Shown here in pieces: positions 23,130-33,254 of a stretch of 64,000 nucleotides of DNA; the first letter of the stretch is position 1; the number at the start of each line of letters is the position of its first letter. Made by a program: the position numbers and the translations under genes. Under the pieces are notes generated by a model, which saw only the letters and a list, made by a program, of their open reading frames with translations, had not been told where the DNA came from and searched no databases. Location: positions 32,001 to 96,000 of IMG/VR virus record IMGVR_UViG_3300031992_000029. One strand, 5' to 3'. This stretch comes from a virus (taxonomy: Duplodnaviria; Caudoviricetes).

Positions 23130-24983
23130 ATGGCTAATAATAAAGTTGAGTTATCAGACGGAAGTGTGCTGATAGACCTATCGCAAGATACCGTAACATC
23201 GTCTGACCATATTATGTCAGGGTATGTGGGGCATCTTGCGAGTGGCCTACAAGTCACAGGAACAGGAAATAATTATGTTATGTCGGATTGGAATGCTGAA
23301 GAAGTAACAGACTCTGAATCTGGAGAAATAACTGGATACGAAGATGGGTATATATTAAATAAACCCGCTATAAAAGCAGGCGAAGGTGAAAATAGTATCG
23401 TTGAAGGAATGATTGAAGATGATAATGATTCTAGAGTTTATACTATATATTTAACTGGCGAAGCGGGTGCTACTACTTTTACCTACACAACAGAAGATGA
23501 AACAACTAGAAACGAAATAGCGAAAAAAGCAAACGCAATACCATCAATAGGAATTGTTTATAGCCCTACTGGGTCAAATTCTCTTTATAGGACATCAAGA
23601 ATTAGTAAGATTGATTCAGAAAATTCAACTATTACTTTAAAAAATATAATAAATACGAAAACTAAAGCAGTAGAAAATCAACAAGCATTTATTTATTATC
23701 ATAGTAAAAATATTGCAATAAGCCCTTATTGTCATGCAGAAGGTAAAATTACTTTTGCATATCTGGGGGCGGCACATGCTGAAGGTATGTATACTGCGGC
23801 GGCGGGGTCTTATACACATGCTGAAGGATATGGTACTACAGCTATGTCACAATACAGCCATGCAGAAGGTAATAAAACTAGAGCTTCTGGCCCAGGAGCA
23901 CACGCAGAGGGTTCGTTAACAATAGCCGATAGCGGATATGCACATGCAGAAGGATATTATACTAAAGCACTTGACCAATCTTGTCATTCTGAAGGACATC
24001 ATACAAATGCTTCTAAAGCGGCTTCACATGCAGAAGGAAGAAATACAATAGCTTCTGGGTCATGCTCTCATGCGGAAGGAAACTTTGCGCTAGCTTCTGG
24101 TTTCGGTTCTCATGCTGAAGGTAATGTAGGATATATATTTATGAAATTAACAGGTGAGCCTAATGCAACAACATATAATTTTACTGAAAGTTATGCTTCT
24201 AATACTATTTTATTATTAAAAATGGCTCATACAAAAATCATAAGCGATACTGCTCATAATAATTTTAATCTTAATACTAGTTCTTATTCAACAATCACTA
24301 ATATTGATTTTAATAATTCGACCATAACTGTAGATACAACGTTATCTGACACAGCAATTTCTGATGTACAATACTATATATATTTAAGAACAGAAGCTAG
24401 TGGAATAGCATCTCATGCCGAAGGATTAAGTTCTTTAGCTTCTGGAGAGGGTTCTCATGCCGAAGGACGTCAAACACTTGCTAACGGAATTTATTCTCAT
24501 GCAAATGGGTATCTTACAACAGCTTCTGGAAATTATTCACATGCCGAAGGAACTCTTACAACAGCCTCTGGCAATAATTCTCATGCATCTGGTGAATTAA
24601 CAACCGCCGCCACAAAAGCGCAAACTGTAATCGGAACATATAATATCCCAGATGATACCACCACAAATCTTCATCCTAGTCAATATTCTGGATTTGGTAA
24701 ATATGCTTTTGTGGTTGGCAATGGATATGATACAGGAGGTGCATCTAACGCACATACTCTTGATTGGCAAGGTAATGGGTGGTATGCAGGTAAATTAACT
24801 GTAGGTAGTAATCCTACAGGAAATATGGATGTAGCAACAAAACAGTATGTAGATAATCATGTTCCAGATTTATCTGGTTATGTTGCAACTTCAAATTTAG
24901 CAACTTTAGTTAATCCTCTTATTCAAGCCGCATTAGCTGAATATGGAGATGGAGATACTGCTACTTATGGGACAACATCATAA
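23130..24983 (+). CDS. Tail fibre/adhesin with 14-aa (S)HAEG repeats (Hep_Hag/YadA-head-like)
   Basis: About 16 HAEG-type repeats in two blocks; N-terminus paralogous to the 22505 protein; DVATKQYVD knot motif. Confidence 0.8.
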   Translation: MANNKVELSDGSVLIDLSQDTVTSSDHIMSGYVGHLASGLQVTGTGNNYVMSDWNAEEVTDSESGEITGYEDGYILNKPAIKAGEGENSIVEGMIEDDNDSRVYTIYLTGEAGATTFTYTTEDETTRNEIAKKANAIPSIGIVYSPTGSNSLYRTSRISKIDSENSTITLKNIINTKTKAVENQQAFIYYHSKNIAISPYCHAEGKITFAYLGAAHAEGMYTAAAGSYTHAEGYGTTAMSQYSHAEGNKTRASGPGAHAEGSLTIADSGYAHAEGYYTKALDQSCHSEGHHTNASKAASHAEGRNTIASGSCSHAEGNFALASGFGSHAEGNVGYIFMKLTGEPNATTYNFTESYASNTILLLKMAHTKIISDTAHNNFNLNTSSYSTITNIDFNNSTITVDTTLSDTAISDVQYYIYLRTEASGIASHAEGLSSLASGEGSHAEGRQTLANGIYSHANGYLTTASGNYSHAEGTLTTASGNNSHASGELTTAATKAQTVIGTYNIPDDTTTNLHPSQYSGFGKYAFVVGNGYDTGGASNAHTLDWQGNGWYAGKLTVGSNPTGNMDVATKQYVDNHVPDLSGYVATSNLATLVNPLIQAALAEYGDGDTATYGTTS

Positions 24984-25000
24984 AGAGGGGGTGATTTTAA

Positions 25001-25924
25001 TTGGCAAACGAAAATAAGGTTATAGTTACAAAAAATAAATTAGATATATTAGCAAATAGTATTTCAGCCAAATCTGGAGAATCACTTCCTATGACCATTG
25101 TGGGAATGATTGATGCAGTAAATGGAATGAGTTCTGCCACATTAATATCAAAAACAATTACCACTAATGGGACATATACCGCTTCAAACGATAACGCAGA
25201 TGGTTATTCTAGTGTTACAGTTAATGTTCCACCTACTACTCCTACCCTTCAATCTAAAACAATAACTCCAACAGAATCAGTACAAACAATAACTGCTGAT
25301 TCAAATTATGATGGCCTTGATTCTGTAGAAGTTGGAGCAATTAGTTCGACTTATATTGGTAGTGGAGTAGCTAGAAAAAGTTCAACTGATTTAACTGTTT
25401 CTGGTGCGACAGTAACAGTTCCAAGTGGATATTATGAAGAATCAGCTTCTAAATCAATTAGTTCTGGCTCTGCTACTACTCCTGCAACAACCATTACTGC
25501 TAATCCCAGTATTAGTATTAGTTCATCTGGCTTAATTACTGCAACAGCATCAGCTTCGCAGAGCATTACACCTACGGTATCCGCAGGTTATGTATCTACA
25601 GGAACTTCTGGTACCATAACAGTAAATGGTTCTAATACCCAACAATTAACAATATTAGGGGCTACTACTTATAATACTTCTACTACAGATCAAACCATAA
25701 CTTCTGGAAAATATTTAACTGGGACTCAAACTATTAAAGCTGTAACTGTTAGTGGATTAGATGCAAGTAAAATATTGAGTGGGACTACTGTAATGGTTGG
25801 TGACGCAAATGATGCAGACAGAATTGCTAGTGTGACTGGTACTGTAACATTTTCAACAATTACGACATCATCATCAAATCCATCAGGCGGATCTGATGGT
25901 GATATTTGGATTAAGACAAGTTAA
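25001..25924 (+). CDS. Ser/Thr-rich tail fibre protein
   Basis: KTITTNGTYTA..DGYSSVTVNV and C-terminal PSGGSDGDIWIK fibre motifs; GAGGGGG RBS, TTG start. Confidence 0.7.
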   Translation: MANENKVIVTKNKLDILANSISAKSGESLPMTIVGMIDAVNGMSSATLISKTITTNGTYTASNDNADGYSSVTVNVPPTTPTLQSKTITPTESVQTITADSNYDGLDSVEVGAISSTYIGSGVARKSSTDLTVSGATVTVPSGYYEESASKSISSGSATTPATTITANPSISISSSGLITATASASQSITPTVSAGYVSTGTSGTITVNGSNTQQLTILGATTYNTSTTDQTITSGKYLTGTQTIKAVTVSGLDASKILSGTTVMVGDANDADRIASVTGTVTFSTITTSSSNPSGGSDGDIWIKTS

Positions 25925-25938
25925 GGAGGGATTAATAT

Positions 25939-27333
25939 ATGGCAACAATTAGATTAATCCCTTCTAATTACGGACGAAGTAATACTAACTATGTGACTGT
26001 AACGAATCCAGAAAATATGTATAATAATACTGACCATACAGCAAATTATTGTACATTAAGAGGTAGAGCTGGTAGAAGTAGTAATAGTACATACTACGCT
26101 TTTGTTAACGGATTTAATTTTGATGATGTTCCAAGTAATGCAGATGTAACTGATTTTAAAGTTAAAATTAGAGCCTATAGAAGTTCTTATATGGCTACTG
26201 GTAATACTAATTATCGTATTTCTTTAGCAAGTCAGGCATCAAACAGCTATAAAATAGGTAATACAACCTTATCTTCGGATATTACCACAACTGCTGGCGG
26301 AACAGTGTATGAAATTCCTACCGGAAGTTTAACTTGGGATACTATTAAAGGTTATGGTTCAAATTTTTCTATTGATATACCTTTAAGAAATAGTTCAACT
26401 TCAAGTAGTAACTATCCATATGTATATGTATATGGTGCTGAAATAGAAGTTACCTATACAATGCCTAATCCTAGAACGGTTACTACTACACTAACTGGTA
26501 ATGGTATAATAGATCCGAGCGGGACAGAAACTTACTATGATGATGATGAATATAATTTAGTAGTAACTCCTACTAATGCCTCTGATACTGTAACTGCGAC
26601 TAAAAATGGAACAACGATCACTTTAACTCAACACAGTGGCGGAGAATCAACTGAGTCAAATGTATTGGGAGAATATAGTTTAATAAGTGGCGGTTTAAAT
26701 GGTTCAGGTGCGACATATTTTCAAGGCATAGTTGGTCGCGGATATGATACTAGTACTACAACAACATCGAACTATTATTCTAGTGGCTCTGGTACTAATG
26801 CGGTATTTCAATATGACGTAGGTTTTACTGATATACCTGATAATGCTACGATTAAAAATTTATATATGATGGCAAATGGACACGCAGAATCAACATCTAA
26901 TTCTAGTGAATATATGTGTGTGCAACTTAAAAGTGGAAATACAGAACTATCAGAACGGTATAATTTTAAAAGTGCGGGTACTTCTAATTCAACTCAAACT
27001 ATTAATGCTACTACTTTACCAACTGCTGCGCAATTAGAAAATTTAGTAGTAGAATGTACTCTTGGTTATTATGGCGGCGCAATTAATGGAGTAACTGTGT
27101 TTTTAACTTATGAGGTTAGTGGCGTTTATTATACTTACAGCACGACAATTAATGGTGATATGACTGTTGTGGTTACTATTGGAAGTGTGACTCAAAATAA
27201 GATGTATATAAAAATAAATGGCTCTTGGGTTGAAGTATCGAAAGTATATAAAAAAGTTAATGGCTCTTGGGTCGAACAGACTAATTTAACTAGTGTGTTT
27301 GATTCAAATGTTAATTATAAATTTGTGAATTAA
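25939..27333 (+). CDS. Tail fibre/receptor-binding protein with duplicated beta-sandwich domain
   Basis: FDDVPSNADVT / FTDIPDNATIK repeats; C-terminal KINGSWVE...KVNGSWVE. Confidence 0.7.
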   Translation: MATIRLIPSNYGRSNTNYVTVTNPENMYNNTDHTANYCTLRGRAGRSSNSTYYAFVNGFNFDDVPSNADVTDFKVKIRAYRSSYMATGNTNYRISLASQASNSYKIGNTTLSSDITTTAGGTVYEIPTGSLTWDTIKGYGSNFSIDIPLRNSSTSSSNYPYVYVYGAEIEVTYTMPNPRTVTTTLTGNGIIDPSGTETYYDDDEYNLVVTPTNASDTVTATKNGTTITLTQHSGGESTESNVLGEYSLISGGLNGSGATYFQGIVGRGYDTSTTTTSNYYSSGSGTNAVFQYDVGFTDIPDNATIKNLYMMANGHAESTSNSSEYMCVQLKSGNTELSERYNFKSAGTSNSTQTINATTLPTAAQLENLVVECTLGYYGGAINGVTVFLTYEVSGVYYTYSTTINGDMTVVVTIGSVTQNKMYIKINGSWVEVSKVYKKVNGSWVEQTNLTSVFDSNVNYKFVN

Positions 27334-27493
27334 ATATAGCTGATATTTATATAAGTGATGCAAAGATGGTTCGATTTTATACTATTTGGGATGGTAGTCA
27401 TATACGGCATAGAGGATGTATTATTGATGGTAGTCTTATGGCTGAAAACGTAGAATACGAATCAGTACAGTACCAAAAGAGTATTTAAACGAA

Positions 27494-27868
27494 ATGAGTT
27501 TTATATTTTATAATCCAAACCCAGACGGTAAGTATGTGGGAGACTGTGTTATTAGGGCGGTTTCAAGGTTGCTTCATCAGGATTGGGATACAACATATTA
27601 TGATATCTGTGAGCTCGGCGGTCATATACACAACATGCCGAGCGCAGACGATGTATGGGGCGAGTATCTATATCGAAATGGTTTTAGAAAACATACGATA
27701 CCAGATACATGCCCCTTTTGTTATACAGTAAAAGATTTCTGTCTGGATCATCCTATAGGCAGTTTTCTATTAAAAACATCCGGTCACGTAATAGCGGTTG
27801 TAAACGGGAACTACTATGACACGTCTGATTCGGGTAACGAAGTACCAATTTATTATTGGGGAAAGTGA
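27494..27868 (+). CDS. Putative papain/NlpC-like Cys peptidase fold protein (cassette gene 1)
   Basis: YNPNP..GDCVIRA, GHVIAV, YYDTSDS give a Cys-His-Asp arrangement. Confidence 0.55.
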   Translation: MSFIFYNPNPDGKYVGDCVIRAVSRLLHQDWDTTYYDICELGGHIHNMPSADDVWGEYLYRNGFRKHTIPDTCPFCYTVKDFCLDHPIGSFLLKTSGHVIAVVNGNYYDTSDSGNEVPIYYWGK

Positions 27869-27875
27869 GAAATAA

Positions 27876-28214
27876 ATGAACAATTCAAATCCAAATATGA
27901 ATGTCCAAGGACAAAACGTGCAAGGCGTTTATAACACCCCTCAAAGTTTTCAAGTCCTAGTACTAGACGACATATCACAGGCAGGCAATTATCAAGTCAG
28001 CCCAGGATGCTCGACAATCTTTATGAATTTTGCAATGACAGAAATGAGGATGAGAACAAGAGACATGAGCGGGTTCCCCTTACCAGACAGAACGTGGTCT
28101 ATAAAAGAGACCACACCTCAACCGCAGATCGCTAACTCTGGAAATTTTGCAACCAAGGAAGAAGTGTCTGCGATTAACGACAAGCTAGACAAGCTAATTG
28201 AGATGATGAAGTAA
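27876..28214 (+). CDS. Asn/Gln-rich hypothetical protein (cassette gene 2)
   Basis: 112 aa, C-terminal FATKEEV coiled-coil. Confidence 0.7.
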   Translation: MNNSNPNMNVQGQNVQGVYNTPQSFQVLVLDDISQAGNYQVSPGCSTIFMNFAMTEMRMRTRDMSGFPLPDRTWSIKETTPQPQIANSGNFATKEEVSAINDKLDKLIEMMK

Positions 28215-28221
28215 GGAGGAT

Positions 28222-28428
28222 TTGAAAATGGAACAGAATTTCGCACAACAGCTGCAGTCCTTTATCGCTGCGGCACAGCAGAGGTTCGGTAAGAACCTCG
28301 ACCCTTCCGCGATAGCTAGAAGCGTGATTGGTAATGGATGCTCTTCACCTCGACAAGCGCTAGAGGTAATGTTAAGATCCGGCCGGATAACGCAAGAGCA
28401 ATTTAACATGTACTCAAGAATGCTTTGA
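28222..28428 (+). CDS. Small Gln-rich helical protein (cassette gene 3)
   Basis: AAGGAGG RBS; LRSGRITQEQFN motif. Confidence 0.7.
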   Translation: MKMEQNFAQQLQSFIAAAQQRFGKNLDPSAIARSVIGNGCSSPRQALEVMLRSGRITQEQFNMYSRML

Positions 28429-28482
28429 ACTATAAAGTAACTTTTTAAAATTTTTTATTACTCTAATAGGAGGAGAAAAATT

Positions 28483-29337
28483 ATGAGCTTAAGTGAAAGC
28501 GGCCTTAGTGCAAGTGATGTACTGGCACTGACAAACGGTAACAATGACGGTTTTGGAAACGGCTTCGGCGGTGGCTGGTGGCTGATTCTCTTTATCCTGC
28601 TTCTCAGTGGCGGATTCGGACGCGGTTGGGGATACGGCGGCGGCAACGGCGATTCCGGTAACGGTATGGCTAGCATGGCTATCCCTTATATGATGGGTAA
28701 CTCTTACAACGCCGACGTACAGAGAGGGTTTGACCAGTCCGCAGTTATTACTGCACTTGGAAATCTTTCCACGGCTGTTTCTGCCGGTTTTGCAAATCAG
28801 TCCGTAGACGCTTGTAACAAGGCAATGACGATGATGCAGGGCATGAATGGCATCCAGGCTCAGATGGCATCTGATCGTTTCAACACAATCACTACTTTGA
28901 ATGGTGGTCATAACGCAATTCTTCAGCAGATGGGTGCATATGAGATGGCTCGTCAGCAGTGCTGCTGTGACAACAAGGCTGCTATCGCAGACCTCAAGTA
29001 CACTGTTGCTACAGAAAATTGCGCAGACAGAACCGCTCTTGATAACGCTGTTTGGCAGATTGGTCAGAAGATCGACGCAGGATTTGCTAACATGACGGAG
29101 CAGAGATATCAGGATAAGATTGATTCCAAGAACGAGCAGATTGCTAACCTTCAGAGACAGCTTACCGCTCAGGAACTTGCCGCATCTCAGGCTAATCAGA
29201 CTCAACAGCTCTATGCAAACAATCAGGCTCAGACCGATAGGATTATGGACTTCATCAATCCTGGATACGCAAGACCTTTCTATGGAAACGGTTTTGGTAA
29301 CTGGGGTGGCTGCGGTTGCCAGGCTTGTGCTTCCTAA
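28483..29337 (+). CDS. Gly-rich membrane-anchored coiled-coil protein with CCC motif (cassette gene 4)
   Basis: AGGAGGAG RBS; GFGGGWWLILFILLLSGGFG; QQCCCD; C-terminal GCGCQAC. Confidence 0.8.
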   Translation: MSLSESGLSASDVLALTNGNNDGFGNGFGGGWWLILFILLLSGGFGRGWGYGGGNGDSGNGMASMAIPYMMGNSYNADVQRGFDQSAVITALGNLSTAVSAGFANQSVDACNKAMTMMQGMNGIQAQMASDRFNTITTLNGGHNAILQQMGAYEMARQQCCCDNKAAIADLKYTVATENCADRTALDNAVWQIGQKIDAGFANMTEQRYQDKIDSKNEQIANLQRQLTAQELAASQANQTQQLYANNQAQTDRIMDFINPGYARPFYGNGFGNWGGCGCQACAS

Positions 29338-29351
29338 GAAAGGAGGTACTT

Positions 29352-29777
29352 ATGGCTGAATATACAAATAACGTTGATCAGGTTGTTCAGCCTGGTGGCG
29401 TGGTTATATTTAACGTAGTCGTAGAAGGATGCCGCAAGGGTTTTATCAGGCACCGTAACGGCACTGGTTCTTTCCTTCTGTCTGGAGCAAATTGTTGCAG
29501 ATGTAACCCGAAGTATAGTGTTAAGTTCGGCGCGAACATCGGTGTGCCTACAGGTGAAACTGTCGGCCCTGTTTCTCTCGCACTTGCGATTGATGGCTCT
29601 GCCGATAACTCAACTATTATGACGGTTACGCCAGCCGCCGCGGAGGAACTCTTTAACGTTAGCAGATGTTCCGATATTGATATCTGGAGCGGATGTTGTG
29701 AAACCATCGCAGTCCAGAACGTTGGTACAATTCCTGTAACTGTCAATGCTCCTACAATTTCTATCAAGAGGGGATAA
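29352..29777 (+). CDS. Cys-containing jelly-roll protein, BclA C-terminal/TNF-like (cassette gene 5)
   Basis: AAGGAGG RBS before ATG 29352 (MAEYTNN); all-beta pattern; CCRC, GCCE. Confidence 0.6.
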   Translation: MAEYTNNVDQVVQPGGVVIFNVVVEGCRKGFIRHRNGTGSFLLSGANCCRCNPKYSVKFGANIGVPTGETVGPVSLALAIDGSADNSTIMTVTPAAAEELFNVSRCSDIDIWSGCCETIAVQNVGTIPVTVNAPTISIKRG

Positions 29778-29779
29778 TT

Positions 29780-30229
29780 ATGGAAATTAGAGTTTACATG
29801 GATGCCCTGGAAGTGATTGAAAAAGAGATTAAGGGCATTGTTAAGAAAGATTCTATCACACCAGCTGAGCTGGCAAATTTAAAAGAAGCTCTGTGCGCTG
29901 CAGAGAAAATCATTGACATTATTGGCGACCTCCCTAATGATGCAAATGATTACAGCAATGGTACTGGGTACGCTCAGTCCTATGCTATTAGACCTGGATT
30001 CAGGCATGAATATGAAGCGCCATATTCGTACAGGCGCGGAAGGTCTATGACAACTGGTCGCTATATCAGTCGTGGTGAGGCCGGAAGAAACTATGGAGAT
30101 GTCTATAGTGGACATAGCATTCACGACAGAATGGTAGCCAAGATTGAAGAAATGTACGATGAAGCAAAAACTGACCATGAGCGTCAGGTAATCGATAATG
30201 CTATTCGCATGATCGAACAACACTCTTAA
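29780..30229 (+). CDS. Helical protein with RRGRSMTTGRYISR motif (cassette gene 6)
   Basis: 149 aa, 2-nt gap from the previous gene. Confidence 0.7.
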   Translation: MEIRVYMDALEVIEKEIKGIVKKDSITPAELANLKEALCAAEKIIDIIGDLPNDANDYSNGTGYAQSYAIRPGFRHEYEAPYSYRRGRSMTTGRYISRGEAGRNYGDVYSGHSIHDRMVAKIEEMYDEAKTDHERQVIDNAIRMIEQHS

Positions 30230-30241
30230 GTGTTGTCAAAT

Positions 30242-30312
30242 GGCGGCGGGCTTTATGCCTGTCGCCTATACTAAAACAATGAACAACTAGGCCGTCGTAT
30301 GGCGGCCTTTTT
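30242..30312 (+). terminator. Two hairpins closing the cassette
   Basis: GGCGGCGGGC-TTTAT-GCCTGTCGCC and AGGCCGTC-GTAT-GGCGGCCT+TTTT. Confidence 0.7.
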
Positions 30313-30339
30313 ATATTGAAAAGAATTAAAGGAGATGTC

Positions 30340-32331
30340 ATGTCGAAATTAGTAATGGACATATCTCAGTTTAACAATATAACTGATTGGTCTAAGGTTA
30401 AGAATGAGGTCGATGCTGTCATAGTGAGAATAGGATATAGAGGTTCTCATACAGGCATAATCACATATGATCCAAAGTTTGCAGATAATATTAAAAATCT
30501 GCAAAAATATAACATTCCTTATTCTGGATATTATTTTCCATGTTCAATTAACGACAACGAGGCTGATGAAGAAGGCGACTTCATCATCAAGACAATCAAA
30601 AACTATAATATGGAACTATCTCTCCCATTCTATCTTGATTCGGAACTTGTACATAGAGATAAGTCAGGAAGATCTGACAAATTATCTAAGGCTGATAGAA
30701 CACGATTCTTGAATAGAATCTTTGCGAAACTTAAATCGGCTAACATAAGGTATGGTGTCTACGCATCAACGTATTGGTATTCTGACCATTTAAATGATGA
30801 CGATCTTATGGAAGGTGTATCAAGGTGGGTGGCGCAGTATGCATCTGTAAATGAATATTCAAGACATAGTTGTGACATGTGGCAGTATACATCTAAGGGT
30901 AGTATCGACGGTGTGTCTGGCGTCGTAGACCTTAGTAACTGCTATATTGAGATCACAAAAAATCATGTTGATACTAAACAAACTGATAACAAAATGAAAA
31001 CGGTTGATGAATACATCGACGATGTTATTAGCACAGCTAAAAATGAGGTCGGTTATTTAGAGAAAAGGTCAAATTCTAACTTAGACAACAAGACGGCTAA
31101 TGCCGGATATAACAACTATACAAAATATTGGAGAGACATCAAAAGTTGGGGTCTTGGTAATTATCAAGCACAGTACTGGTGCGCAGCCTTCATCTTTTGG
31201 TGCTTTGTAAAAACATTTGGTGTACAGACAGCAAAACAACTTTTACTACACGCGCCATATATTAATTGTCAGACGATAGCAAATCTATTTAGGTCGAGAG
31301 GAAAATTATTTAGCGATCCGAAGGTAGGTGATGTAGTTGTATTCTACACCAGAAAGTCAGGACTGTTTGGTCATACTGGTCTAGTCTATAGGGTCGACTC
31401 TTCTAACTTTTATACGATTGAGGGAAACACGTCTGCGGCTGGTGGCGTTGTAGCAAATGGTGGCGCTGTTGAATACAAACGATACTCTATTAAAGATTCA
31501 AAGAGTGCTGGTCATAAGTTCTGTAGACCTGATTATACAATCATCAAAGGAGAAAGTCATGTTCCTGTAAAGGAAAACAAAGACTATTTATCCAAGGGTG
31601 ATAGCGGTAGCAATGTCAAGGAAATGCAAAAGATGCTCATAGCTATAGGATATACATGTGGATTAGGTGGAGCAGACGGCAACTTCGGATCGATTACAGA
31701 AAGCGCTGTTAAATCTTTTCAGAAAGACCACGGTCTTACTGTTGACGGTGTGTGCGGTAAGAAAACAATGCCCGTTCTTAAGGCAGAATATGCTGCAAGA
31801 AATTATCTGTCAAACACCGATACTGGTAGTGCTGTAACAGAGATGCAGAAAATGTTGGTTGCACTTGGTTATAACGTAGGTACAAAAGGTGCCGATGGCA
31901 TTTTCGGGACAACGACAGATAAGGCTGTGCGAAAGTTTCAAGCAGAGCATGAACTTGCCATCGACGGACGGTACGGGCCAAAGACTAAAGCCGAATTAGA
32001 ATCCGTTTACGACGAGTATCTTAAAGAAAATGAACAGAAGGAAGTTGTGCAAGAAACGCCAGAAGCTCCTGAAGAAGTGAGTGGTAAGGCAGAAGAAGTA
32101 AAGGTGGCATATGCGAGCGCATTTAATTCGGCATATGGCAAGACATTTACTGCAACTGGAGACGTTTATATGAGGGCTGGAGCAGGAACATCATATAAGG
32201 ATATAACTGTTGTAAAGAAGGGTGACAGTGTGAAATGCTACGGGTACTATACGAAAGTAAACGGGACGCCGTGGTATTTAGTCACATATAAAAATATGAA
32301 GGGATTTGTATCCGGCAAGTACCTCAAGTAA
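30340..32331 (+). CDS. Endolysin: GH25 muramidase + CHAP + 2x PG_binding_1 + SH3
   Basis: MDISQFN, YLDSE, WQYTSKG (GH25); WCAAF, GHTGLV, TIEGNTS (CHAP); DGNFG..T..AVKSFQ x2; VYMRAGAGT (SH3); AAGGAG RBS before ATG 30340. Confidence 0.9.
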   Translation: MSKLVMDISQFNNITDWSKVKNEVDAVIVRIGYRGSHTGIITYDPKFADNIKNLQKYNIPYSGYYFPCSINDNEADEEGDFIIKTIKNYNMELSLPFYLDSELVHRDKSGRSDKLSKADRTRFLNRIFAKLKSANIRYGVYASTYWYSDHLNDDDLMEGVSRWVAQYASVNEYSRHSCDMWQYTSKGSIDGVSGVVDLSNCYIEITKNHVDTKQTDNKMKTVDEYIDDVISTAKNEVGYLEKRSNSNLDNKTANAGYNNYTKYWRDIKSWGLGNYQAQYWCAAFIFWCFVKTFGVQTAKQLLLHAPYINCQTIANLFRSRGKLFSDPKVGDVVVFYTRKSGLFGHTGLVYRVDSSNFYTIEGNTSAAGGVVANGGAVEYKRYSIKDSKSAGHKFCRPDYTIIKGESHVPVKENKDYLSKGDSGSNVKEMQKMLIAIGYTCGLGGADGNFGSITESAVKSFQKDHGLTVDGVCGKKTMPVLKAEYAARNYLSNTDTGSAVTEMQKMLVALGYNVGTKGADGIFGTTTDKAVRKFQAEHELAIDGRYGPKTKAELESVYDEYLKENEQKEVVQETPEAPEEVSGKAEEVKVAYASAFNSAYGKTFTATGDVYMRAGAGTSYKDITVVKKGDSVKCYGYYTKVNGTPWYLVTYKNMKGFVSGKYLK

Positions 32332-32340
32332 GGAGAAGAA

Positions 32341-32706
32341 ATGGGAAGTATTATTAATCAATTTATTGCAGAGTACGGAAATACTATTATTTATACAATT
32401 ATCACTGGAATTATTGGATATGTTGGAATTGGAATCAAGATGCTTATTACAAAGTATATCAATGATAGTCGTAAGAGATCCATTGCGAGAACTTGTGTAG
32501 AAGCTGTTGAGCAGATTTGTAAAACACTTGATATCCATGGAGAAGAGAAGTTTAAGAAGTGTGCGGAATATATTTCTGGACTTGCTAAAGAAAATGGCAT
32601 TAAGATTGGAGAGACTGAAATCAAAATGCTTATTGAACAGGCCGTACATACACTCAATCAAAATGTAAATGAGGCACTAGATAACAAAGCGCCTATTGAA
32701 GAGTAA
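32341..32706 (+). CDS. Phage holin, LL-H-like
   Basis: One TM helix; VEAVEQ...GEEK...LIEQAV; follows endolysin. Confidence 0.8.
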   Translation: MGSIINQFIAEYGNTIIYTIITGIIGYVGIGIKMLITKYINDSRKRSIARTCVEAVEQICKTLDIHGEEKFKKCAEYISGLAKENGIKIGETEIKMLIEQAVHTLNQNVNEALDNKAPIEE

Positions 32707-32742
32707 CGCAATGGCGTTACCTAGTTAAGGGGGTATAGGCTT

Positions 32743-33252
32743 ATGTCAGTAGAAGATATTCTTGCTCCAATCGGCGTCGATATGCCGGCTGTCACAGGAA
32801 CAACATCATTCGTATTCATAATTATAATCTTACTCATGACAATTATTCAGGTCACTCCAATCAAGATAAATCCATGGGACTTTGTCTTAGGATGGATCGG
32901 CGACAGAATGAACTCTCACATCATCAAAAAGGTAGATACCCTAGACCAAAAGCTGACTGGTCATATTCAAGAGAGTAGAGAGGGGTCAATAAAACGTAAG
33001 AGACTTAGGATATTAGCATTCGTAGACGATGGGATTAATGGTAAGAGATATACCAAAGAAGCATATGAAAATATGATTCGCGAGTGCGATGATTATGAAA
33101 AGTTTATTAAAGAGACCGGGTTGCCAAACGGTGTTATAGAAGCGTCGATAGATGTGATTAGAACAAGATATAGGCAACATTTAAACGACGGTGATTTTGC
33201 GGAGTATCCTTGTGAATATAACGACGACGGCGCCGACATTACAAGTAAATAA
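32743..33252 (+). CDS. Membrane protein of lysis module (holin-like)
   Basis: TM helix, IQVTPIKINPW motif. Confidence 0.65.
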   Translation: MSVEDILAPIGVDMPAVTGTTSFVFIIIILLMTIIQVTPIKINPWDFVLGWIGDRMNSHIIKKVDTLDQKLTGHIQESREGSIKRKRLRILAFVDDGINGKRYTKEAYENMIRECDDYEKFIKETGLPNGVIEASIDVIRTRYRQHLNDGDFAEYPCEYNDDGADITSK

Positions 33253-33254
33253 AT

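Noticed and set aside
27340-27490. Sporulation sigma (SigE/SigK) promoter for the Gly/Cys cassette
   Set aside because: No convincing correctly spaced -35/-10 pair; the spore-coat idea remains only a hypothesis.
28489-29205. 238-aa antisense ORF (also 51781..52461 and many similar ones)
   Set aside because: These are shadows of well-supported genes on the opposite strand, with no RBS or motifs.
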